Below, one piece after another: positions 24,557 through 30,833 of a stretch of 32,396 nucleotides of DNA (position 1 is its first letter; each line of letters opens with the position of its first letter). Source of the DNA: a virus. Its lineage: Duplodnaviria; Caudoviricetes. A program made the position numbers and the translations under genes. Location of the stretch: positions 1-32,396 of IMG/VR virus record IMGVR_UViG_3300024331_000069. One strand, given 5' to 3'. Below the pieces are notes generated by a model, which was given only the letters and a program-made list of their open reading frames with translations, was not told where the DNA came from and did no database searches.

Positions 24557-25762
24557 ATGCCGCACACAGCAGCAAGGCACCGAGCACCGTATCCACGACG
24601 TCGCATCGCAACCCTGATCGCCATCTTGGCCGCCGGTCTCGCCACGGCCGCACTACCCGGCACCGCCCCGGCCGCCACCAGCGCGCCGCTGTCCGACCCG
24701 CTCGCGGTGGCGCAGGCCCAACTGGCCGGCTGCCAGGCGTGGCTGGCGCTGCACTCGAGCTCGTCGGCGCAGCACACCCGCATGGTGCAGTGCGTGTCGG
24801 ACGAGCAGGCCATCATCACGGCGCTGCTGGCCCAGCCCAGCCCGACGCCCACGACCCCCAGCGCGAGCCCCACAGCCACGCCTACGGGCACGCCGAGCGG
24901 GACGCCTACGGTCAGCCCTACCCCGTCCGTGAGCCCCAGCGGCACGCCTACGCCGTCCCCGACGGCCACCACGCCGAGTCCCACCCCGACCACGCCCAGC
25001 CCGACGCCGACCGTTGGTCCGCCGTCGTGGCCCGGCCCGGGCAACACCGGCGTACCCGCCGGGACCGTACTGACCGCGTACACCGGGCCGTGCACCATCA
25101 ACACCGCCACGACGATCGACGCGAAGACCATCAACTGCGGGACGCTGTTCATCAACGCCCCGGTCGTCATCACCCGGTCGAAGATCAACGGTGCGGTGTC
25201 GGAGGACTTCAAAGACGCCGGATCGATCCGGCTGGACCAGGTCGAGGTCGACGCCGGGCAGCAGCACAACGCCGCGGTGGGCAACACGAACGTGACGGTG
25301 CTGCGGTCGAACATCCACGGCGCCGCCGCGTCCGTCCAGTGCGGATCGCACTGCACCGTCGCCGACTCGTGGCTGCACGGCCAGTACGCGCCGGACGGGT
25401 CGTGGCACGATGACGCGTTCATAACGAACGGCGGCACCGACATGACGCTGACCCACAACACACTGGCCTGCGACGACCAGCACGGCGCGTGCACGGCTGA
25501 CCTGTTCCTCGCCGCCGACTTCGACCAGGTGTCGTTCGTGACCGCGACGAACAACCTCCTCGCGGCCAGCCCGAACGTGCAGTACTGCACCTATGGCGGC
25601 GCGAACCGGCTCGGTGCGCACGACGTCAGCTACATCGGCAACGTGTTCCAGTACGGTGCCAACGGGCTGTGCGGCAAGTTCGGTCCGACCACGATCCTCG
25701 GCGGGGCGAACTTCATCTGGGCCAACAACATCTGGGAAGACGGAAGGGTGATCAATCCATGA
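24557..25762 (+). CDS. Secreted protein: signal peptide, Pro/Thr/Ser linker, probable right-handed beta-helix domain
   Basis: SD AAGGAG; RRRIATLIAILAAGLA...APA signal; PTS linker at about 24832-25020; WPGPGNTGVPAG then Asn/Thr/Ile-rich strands (VTVLRSNIHG, TVADSWLHG, TLTHNTL, SYIGNVF). Confidence 0.75.
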   Translation: MPHTAARHRAPYPRRRIATLIAILAAGLATAALPGTAPAATSAPLSDPLAVAQAQLAGCQAWLALHSSSSAQHTRMVQCVSDEQAIITALLAQPSPTPTTPSASPTATPTGTPSGTPTVSPTPSVSPSGTPTPSPTATTPSPTPTTPSPTPTVGPPSWPGPGNTGVPAGTVLTAYTGPCTINTATTIDAKTINCGTLFINAPVVITRSKINGAVSEDFKDAGSIRLDQVEVDAGQQHNAAVGNTNVTVLRSNIHGAAASVQCGSHCTVADSWLHGQYAPDGSWHDDAFITNGGTDMTLTHNTLACDDQHGACTADLFLAADFDQVSFVTATNNLLAASPNVQYCTYGGANRLGAHDVSYIGNVFQYGANGLCGKFGPTTILGGANFIWANNIWEDGRVINP

Positions 25763-25983
25763 AGCCGAGCGTCGGCCGCATCGTTCACTACGTCAGCTAC
25801 GGCACACCGGGCGGTGAGTACACATCGGAGTGTCGCGCGGCGGTCGTTACTGAGACCGACACCAGTGAAACCGTTGGCCTGATGGTCGCCAACCCAACCG
25901 GGCTGTTCTTCAACCGGACCGTTGTGCACGACGAGGAATCCAAGCGCGGCGGCACCTGGCATTGGCCTGAGCGAGCCGACTAA
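25759..25983 (+). CDS. Small phage protein, 74 aa
   Basis: ATGA coupling; MKPSVGRIVHYVSYGTPGGEY...CRAAVVT...GTWHWPER, a pattern I recognise from actinophages; function unknown. Confidence 0.8.
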   Translation: MKPSVGRIVHYVSYGTPGGEYTSECRAAVVTETDTSETVGLMVANPTGLFFNRTVVHDEESKRGGTWHWPERAD

Positions 25984-26001
25984 CCGTCTGTCCACAAACG
26001 A

Positions 26002-26062
26002 CAAAAGGCCCCGGCCACCTTCCCCTTCGCGGGGTTGGTGGCCGGGGCCTCTGTTTGTCTTT
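26002..26062. terminator. Bidirectional intrinsic terminator between convergent genes
   Basis: AGGCCCCGGCCACC (26006-26019) / GGTGGCCGGGGCCT (26037-26050); A-rich 5' flank and T-rich 3' flank. Confidence 0.85.
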
Positions 26063-26072
26063 GCGTGATCAT

Positions 26073-26258
26073 TCATGCTCGGGCCATTGCGCGCGCGAGG
26101 CGCATCACCGCGCGGAATCGGCGGTGGCACGCGCGGTTCCATTTCGCCTCCGCGTCTCTGTCCCGTTCCGCGTCCGCGTATGCGGACGCCTGGCACGCTG
26201 CCCCGTACCGGGCGACCATGTCGATGAGCATGAACTCCAACTGAAGCCTGTCGGGCAT
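26073..26258 (-). CDS. Hypothetical protein, 61 aa
   Basis: Strong SD GGGAGG before the ATG; ends next to the terminator. Confidence 0.7.
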   Translation of the reverse strand: MPDRLQLEFMLIDMVARYGAACQASAYADAERDRDAEAKWNRACHRRFRAVMRLARAMARA

Positions 26259-26354
26259 GTCGTTCCTCCCTTGTGGAGCGCTGGCCGCTCCCCGCGTAGG
26301 GCCAGCAAGATCACAGGTTTCGTACCTGCACCGATGTAGAGATCACCGGTACCG

Positions 26355-26391
26355 CGACGGGGTTCGGTCCGATGTGGACCGAACCCCGTCG
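26355..26391 (-). terminator. Perfect 16-bp hairpin downstream of the DUF2637-like gene
   Basis: CGACGGGGTTCGGTCC-GATGT-GGACCGAACCCCGTCG; no U tract. Confidence 0.6.
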
Positions 26392-26401
26392 GCGACCCGC
26401 T

Positions 26402-26980
26402 TCACACGCCCAACGGCTTACCGGTAAGCGGTGAGTTGCGCGCTGGCCGCGGCGCCGGCCGAGCCGGCACCACAGCGCTTCGACCCTGCCCCACAGGCGC
26501 CGGGCTGGTGGGCACCGGCATCTGCTTGGCCGTCTCCTCGATCACACGAACAGCCTGCGCGACCGGCTCGGCAACCACGACAGGTGCGACAACCGGCTCG
26601 GCGATCAGCTTGCCGCGGCGGGAGAGGATCTCCACCACCAGCAGCAATGCCAGCGCCGGCCAGGCGGCCACCGTACGACCCAATGCGGTCGGGTGCGCGG
26701 CGGCCACGTTCGCACCCACGCTGGCGAGAATGCCCAACGCGAACGCGATCTTGGCTGACAGGCGTGGCTTGCGACCGTTCTGCCGGTCATCGACCATCGC
26801 GATCGACGCGACGATCAGCATGCCGTCCACGGACAGGGGAATCAGGTGGGCGAGCTCGGTACGCTCGCCAGCGCGCAACGCCACCGCCGTCTGGTGCCAG
26901 TAGGAGGCGTAACCGGCGATGCCGGCCACGACGGCTGCGGAAGTGTTGCGGGCGGTACGGGTCCAGTTGATGGACATCAC
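26402..26980 (-). CDS. DUF2637-like multi-TM membrane protein
   Basis: AGYASYWH...G...LIPLSVDGM...SVGANV...AAWPALAL; about 4 TM segments plus a Pro-rich tail; SD GAGGAGG. Confidence 0.8.
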   Translation of the reverse strand: MMSINWTRTARNTSAAVVAGIAGYASYWHQTAVALRAGERTELAHLIPLSVDGMLIVASIAMVDDRQNGRKPRLSAKIAFALGILASVGANVAAAHPTALGRTVAAWPALALLLVVEILSRRGKLIAEPVVAPVVVAEPVAQAVRVIEETAKQMPVPTSPAPVGQGRSAVVPARPAPRPARNSPLTGKPLGV

Positions 26981-27090
26981 AGGGCCTCCTCAGGCTCCGT
27001 GGGGTGGACGACCGGGCGGCCGCCCCCGCGGCGACCGCAACACTGGTGTCCCTTGTGGTCCGCGGAGCAGCGCTCAACGCGGGTGGTACG

Positions 27091-27174
27091 TGGTGGGGCG
27101 GCGAGGAGTCGAACCTCATTGGCCGCGCCGTGGTGCCCTGCGTGACTCCGCCACGCCCGGTCGCCCACCGCCCC
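27091..27174 (-). ncRNA. tRNA-like element (perfect acceptor stem, T arm and ACCA end; no D stem)
   Basis: Minus strand GGGGCGG...TGAGG-TTCGACT-CCTCG-CCGCCCC-ACCA; internal GCGTG/CACGC stem with 7-nt loop GCGGAGT. Confidence 0.6.
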
Positions 27175-27452
27175 GAGGTGCCGGGATATGGCTCCCGGCT
27201 GGCCCGCCACCGTATCGCCGTGGCTGCCCGCGCTACTCCAGATTCCCCGGAATCGGTAGGTGCCCTTCCTCGGCGGCACGCTCCCTTGCCCGCGTCCTGC
27301 GGCATCCAGACCGCCCTGGTACCCCCGGCGTCGGGGCGCTGATCTGGCTCAGCGGCTAAGCGCCGCCGTTACGATGGCGGTTCGGGGCCGGGTGGCCCGG
27401 GCGGTGCTGAGGCGAGTACGAGTCGTCTCAGCGCCACCCCGGTTACCCGGGG
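27175..27452 (-). ncRNA. Dense hairpin array; candidate structured RNA
   Basis: At least 8 adjacent stems, e.g. CCCCGG-GTAA-CCGGGG, GATTC-CGGG-GAATC, GCCGGGA/TCCCGGC, GCCAC/GTGGC, GTGCC/GGCAC; no credible ORF. Confidence 0.4.
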
Positions 27453-27656
27453 CTAGAGGTCCACGCCCGCGGCACCGATGGCGAGCATCAGTGCGCCGGC
27501 CTGGGCGAAGTTGAGGTACGCGACCTCCCCGTTGAGGATCACCTCAACGAAGGTCGATCCCTCCTGTACCGCCACCGTCAGGTGCGCGGCTGGCGCACCT
27601 AGCTCTGTGACGCCACCCGAGGTCTCGATGTCGCGGACCATCTTCGGCTCTGCCAT
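27453..27656 (-). CDS. Hypothetical protein, 67 aa
   Basis: SD GGAGGGAG before the ATG; protein-like composition. Confidence 0.7.
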   Translation of the reverse strand: MAEPKMVRDIETSGGVTELGAPAAHLTVAVQEGSTFVEVILNGEVAYLNFAQAGALMLAIGAAGVDL

Positions 27657-27880
27657 GTCGGTCTCCCTCCGACGTGCCCGCGCCCTGTTGGCGGGGCTGA
27701 GAGGACGGGCCGGTTTCGAGGCCTACCCGTCCGACCGCCCTAGGGGCGGCTTCACTGCGATTGAGTGTCGATGGGCGGGTGAGCTGCTCTCGCTGGCTTC
27801 CCTCTGGTTCACGGCTTGGGCGGCGCGCCTTCCGGCCTTCCGATCCCTCGCGGTGCTTCCATCGCTAACTTGCTGACTCC

Positions 27881-27909
27881 TACGATACAACGCGCGGTGC
27901 GAGGTTGCC
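27881..27909 (-). promoter_or_regulatory. Putative leftward sigma70-type promoter
   Basis: Minus strand TGGCAA-17 bp-TATCGT, about 220 nt upstream of the 27656 start. Confidence 0.45.
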
Positions 27910-27924
27910 ACTCCCGTGGGGTAG

Positions 27925-27940
27925 TGTGATGAACATCACA
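27925..27940. promoter_or_regulatory. Consensus CRP/GlxR-type box
   Basis: TGTGA-TGAACA-TCACA matches TGTGA-N6-TCACA; lies between divergent promoters. Confidence 0.65.
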
Positions 27941-27947
27941 ACGTGTG

Positions 27948-27975
27948 TTGCGAGGATGTCCGATCTTGCTACGTT
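27948..27975 (+). promoter_or_regulatory. Putative promoter for a leaderless HTH gene
   Basis: TTGCGA-16 bp-(TGc)TACGTT, with the ATG 7 nt downstream. Confidence 0.5.
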
Positions 27976-27982
27976 CAGGGGC

Positions 27983-28243
27983 ATGGCCAGCGACGACGAG
28001 CTGATAGGCAACGACGCTGCCGCCGCGTACGTCGGCCTCAGGCCCGACACGTGGCGGCCCTACGTGACACGCGGCCTCGCACCGAAGCCGTACCGGCGCG
28101 AGATCAGCGGCGGCCACGCGCTGCCTGTCTGGCGTCGCGCCGATCTCGACGGCTGGGTACGCCCCGGGCGCGGCGCGCGCACCGACCTCCACCGTTCAGC
28201 CGACGGCGATCACGGGCACGGATCTGCCACCCTGCGCGGGTGA
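27983..28243 (+). CDS. AlpA/excisionase-like HTH DNA-binding protein
   Basis: LIGNDAAAAYVGLRPDTWRPYV...APKP...PVWRRADLDGW...RPGRGARTDL. Confidence 0.75.
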   Translation: MASDDELIGNDAAAAYVGLRPDTWRPYVTRGLAPKPYRREISGGHALPVWRRADLDGWVRPGRGARTDLHRSADGDHGHGSATLRG

Positions 28244-28797
28244 CCGACGAGCCGCGCTACTACGAGGTACCCGCGATCCCCGGCGCACCGGCCGCGCCCG
28301 CCGTGGTGGCGCCTGCCGCCCCGCCACCGTCCCGTCGGCCCACGCGCTGGCCTTACCTCGCCGCCGGCGCGCTGGCCGTCCTCGTCGCGGTCGCTGTGAC
28401 CTACGTACTCACCAGCCGCAGCAGCAAGACCCCGACCGCGCCGACCGTGTCGACGACGTTCACCGTCTACGGCATCATGACCCTCGAAACTCTCAGGTAT
28501 CCCTCGGAGATCAACAGGCTCAGTACGGGCGGGTGCACCGGCACGGGCGGCTACAGCGACCTCCGCGAAGGCGCACAGGTGATCGTCACCGATTCGGTTG
28601 GCAAGACGGTGGGTGTCACCAGCCTGGGGTCGGGTTCGCTCGTCGAGGATCAGCTGAGGATGCGCTGCTCGTTCCTCTTCCACCTCGACGTACCGGGCGG
28701 GCTGGGCTTCTACGGTGTCGAGGTGTCGCACCGGGGCCGGGTCCAGTATCTGGAGTCTCAGATGCGAGAGCCGCTGTCGCTGTCGATCGGCTCGTAG
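28240..28797 (+). CDS. Membrane-anchored exported protein
   Basis: GTGA coupling; Pro-rich N-terminus, one TM helix, then CTGTGGYSDL...C.F.F...FYGVEVSHRG with two Cys. Confidence 0.8.
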   Translation: MTDEPRYYEVPAIPGAPAAPAVVAPAAPPPSRRPTRWPYLAAGALAVLVAVAVTYVLTSRSSKTPTAPTVSTTFTVYGIMTLETLRYPSEINRLSTGGCTGTGGYSDLREGAQVIVTDSVGKTVGVTSLGSGSLVEDQLRMRCSFLFHLDVPGGLGFYGVEVSHRGRVQYLESQMREPLSLSIGS

Positions 28798-28943
28798 TAG
28801 GTCGAACTCATCAGCTCCACGTCGGCGAGGTGCGCCGCGATGTACTCCGGCCACCAGTTGCGGGCCAACTCGACCAGTTCGGAGCCGGCGATCGTCCGCC
28901 CCGCGGTAGATGCGGGTGTCGGTGCGGCGTCTCTGATCTTCAC
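28758..28943 (-). CDS. Hypothetical protein, 61 aa, divergent from the GntR gene
   Basis: GTG with GAGG upstream and a leftward promoter at 29048-29077; overlaps the convergent gene by 40 nt. Confidence 0.4.
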   Translation of the reverse strand: MKIRDAAPTPASTAGRTIAGSELVELARNWWPEYIAAHLADVELMSSTYYEPIDSDSGSRI

Positions 28944-29047
28944 CGTGGCCTCACTTGACCTGGGGTGCCGGGCGGGACCTGCGACCCGCGTCGAACGGTG
29001 TGGCCCGCCCGGCACGTCGCCTCAGGTGTCTGCCGGAGGCTCGGTCG

Positions 29048-29077
29048 AGGGTACGATGGCTAGCGATGGGTAGTCAA
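29048..29077 (-). promoter_or_regulatory. Leftward sigma70-type promoter with a tandem 10-bp repeat in its spacer
   Basis: Minus strand TTGACT-18 bp-TACCCT; CGATGGCTAG/CGATGGGTAG tandem at 29054-29073. Confidence 0.55.
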
Positions 29078-29152
29078 GGCTTGCGGGTCGAGGTCGTTGC
29101 TACCGGTGGCAACCGCGTGATCTACTCGGCGGCGTCTGCCGGGAGTGCCACC

Positions 29153-29377
29153 ATGCCCATGTTGCCACCGTACGAGCGGGTCGCCGCTGACCTGCGCGAG
29201 AAGATCGCCGCCGGGGAGTACCCGCCCGGTACGCTGCTGCCGTCGCGCGCGGCCCTGCGGCATCTGTACGCCGTGTCGGACACCGTGCTCGACAAGGCCA
29301 TGGCCATGCTGCGCCGGGAGAAGCTCACCGAGACCGTGGCCGGGATTGGTGTGTACGTGGCCGGGCCGCCGGGATGA
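29153..29377 (+). CDS. Stand-alone GntR-family winged-HTH regulator
   Basis: YERVAADLREKIAAGEYPPGTLLPS...YAVS...GIGVYV; SD GGGAG; 74 aa with no effector domain. Confidence 0.9.
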   Translation: MPMLPPYERVAADLREKIAAGEYPPGTLLPSRAALRHLYAVSDTVLDKAMAMLRREKLTETVAGIGVYVAGPPG

Positions 29378-29427
29378 TACCCGGCGGCCGCGACCATTCA
29401 CAGACGTGAGTTAGCGCTGGTAACCGG

Positions 29428-30288
29428 CTAGGCTGCCGCGTGGCCGAGCCGGTTAGAGCCCGGCTCGGCCACCCCGAGACGTGGCAGCGCGGCGACCGCA
29501 CCCGCCCGTCGCGAGTCGGAGATCAGCAGGTAGCCCATGGTGGTTGCCGGCGAACTGTGCCGCATCAGCTGCGACACGGTGGCCAGGTCGACGCCGGCGG
29601 CCAACAGCGCGGTCGCGTGCCAGTGCCGGAACCGGTGCAGGTGCACGTCGGGCATGCCCAGCGCGTCGAAGTGCTGGCGTGCCATCACCGACAGGCAATC
29701 CCCGACGAACGGCCGCCCGGTGCGGGTACGCACCAGCAGACCCGGCCCGTACGGTTCGACCAACTCCCACACCTGCGCCGCGGTCGGCAGGAGCGCGTCC
29801 TTGCCGCCCTTGCCGGCCACGATGTGGATGCGCCGCTCCGTGACCCGTTCCCGGATGAGGGTGGAGATGTCCCCGGCGCGCAGCCCGGCGTACGCGGCGA
29901 GGGTGATGATGAGCCGCCACCGGTCATCCGAGCGGGTGAGCGCGTCGTGGAGCTGGTCGTCAGTGACCGGGTTCGGCATGCGCGCGGGCATGCGCGGCGG
30001 GGTGATGTCGGCGACCGGGTCCCAGTCGAGGTGATGGCGGCCCACGGCCCAGCGGAAGAACGCCGCGAGGTGGCCGTGGTAGTTGTACCTGGTCCACGGT
30101 TTCCACCCGTCTTGGCCGAGCCAGTCGATCAGCTCATCGGTACTGGCCTGGCACAGCCCGTAGGGCATGGCCGGGTCGGCGTCGATGCGACGTAGCAGCT
30201 CCAGCCGATCACGGATGGTGGTCGCCGAGTAATTCGCGGCGAGCAGGTGCGCCTCGTAGGCGCGGAGTAGATCAGTCATTCGGCTCAC
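29428..30288 (-). CDS. int: Tyrosine recombinase/integrase lacking an arm-binding domain
   Basis: AGLRAGD (R), GKGGK (K), HRFRH (HxxR), MRHSSPATTMGY (H, Y); 286 aa; ends HAAA. Confidence 0.93.
   Translation of the reverse strand: MSRMTDLLRAYEAHLLAANYSATTIRDRLELLRRIDADPAMPYGLCQASTDELIDWLGQDGWKPWTRYNYHGHLAAFFRWAVGRHHLDWDPVADITPPRMPARMPNPVTDDQLHDALTRSDDRWRLIITLAAYAGLRAGDISTLIRERVTERRIHIVAGKGGKDALLPTAAQVWELVEPYGPGLLVRTRTGRPFVGDCLSVMARQHFDALGMPDVHLHRFRHWHATALLAAGVDLATVSQLMRHSSPATTMGYLLISDSRRAGAVAALPRLGVAEPGSNRLGHAAA
29440..29472. repeat. Perfect 13-bp inverted repeat with 7-bp spacer in the 3' end of int
   Basis: GTGGCCGAGCCGG-TTAGAGC-CCGGCTCGGCCAC. Confidence 0.8.
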
Positions 30289-30303
30289 AATTCCCCTTGC
30301 TGG

Positions 30304-30342
30304 GCGCTGTCACATATCGGCCGATCGCCGATTTGACAGCGC
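30304..30342. repeat. Inverted repeat between repressor and integrase
   Basis: GCGCTGTCA-cat-ATCGGC-cgatc-GCCGAT-t-TGACAGCGC. Confidence 0.7.
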
Positions 30343-30359
30343 GACACGGCTGGTCAGGA

Positions 30360-30734
30360 TCAGGCCGCTACCGGCGTCAAACGTGACGGGCGTCTCGGTT
30401 CTCCGGGACGTTTGGACCCTTGGGGGTGGCCGTGCGGGTGCCCCGTTCCGGGCCTGCTTTTCGGGCCGGTCGGGTGCGGAAGCGTAACTTGAGCCGTCCC
30501 GGTGCGGGGGATCAGGTCATCCACGCTGACGCCGAGTGCGCTAGCGATGCGCTCGAGGTCATCGAGGGCGAGGGGTAGGTCGCCTCGTAGCCTGCGTCCG
30601 ACCCACATGTCGGACACGCCGAGGCGGCGGGCGAGTTCGGACTTGTTGATGTCCCGGCGTCCCATCAGGGCACGGATCTCCTCTGCCGCGCGCGCCGACA
30701 GGGGCCGGGTCTTTGGCGTGACGTCTGTACTCAT
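30360..30734 (-). CDS. Immunity repressor candidate (XRE/BetR-like HTH)
   Basis: INKSELARRLGVSDMWVGRRLRG...LDDLERIASALGV; Pro/Arg-rich tail ending PVAA; probably leaderless from ATG 30734. Confidence 0.85.
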   Translation of the reverse strand: MSTDVTPKTRPLSARAAEEIRALMGRRDINKSELARRLGVSDMWVGRRLRGDLPLALDDLERIASALGVSVDDLIPRTGTAQVTLPHPTGPKSRPGTGHPHGHPQGSKRPGEPRRPSRLTPVAA

Positions 30735-30740
30735 GGGGTA

Positions 30741-30827
30741 AGGATCCAACAGAATCCGTTGGGCGTCAATCTCTCAGGCGGGCGCTTCGAGTGGCCGGTT
30801 GACAGTCAACGTACTGCGTTGGACACT
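30741..30827. promoter_or_regulatory. Divergent promoter pair, each with a CAAC-N7-GTTG operator in the spacer
   Basis: Left: TTGACG-cccaacggattctgttg-GATCCT-6 nt-ATG. Right: TTGACA-gtcaacgtactgcgttg-GACACT-6 nt-GTG. Confidence 0.75.
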
Positions 30828-30833
30828 AGCTCG

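Noticed and set aside
316-25621. Many long minus-strand and alternate-frame ORFs over the structural genes (e.g. 316..1941, 5670..7184, 16881..18314)
   Set aside because: Shadow ORFs expected in high-GC DNA; Arg/Pro-rich or antisense to well-supported genes, with no motifs.
26267-27058. TCCCTTGTGG repeated at 26267 and 27049 (CsrA-like ACAAGGGA on the minus strand)
   Set aside because: Only two 10-bp copies, one overlapping an ordinary SD; not distinguishable from chance.
26977-27359. ORFs 26977..27279 (-), 27004..27342 (+) and 26919..27359 (+) as real genes
   Set aside because: No convincing SD, low-complexity translations, and they overlap the tRNA-like element and hairpin array.
27091-27440. 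tmRNA: about 350 nt from GGGGTGG (27440) to a T arm plus CCA
   Set aside because: No G3-U70 pair, no GAC before the T arm, no tag frame ending in AA-stop, and a nearer perfect 5' acceptor strand exists at 27174.
26314-27732. Hammerhead ribozymes suggested by CGAAAC motifs
   Set aside because: No CUGANGA core found at a suitable position upstream of either motif.
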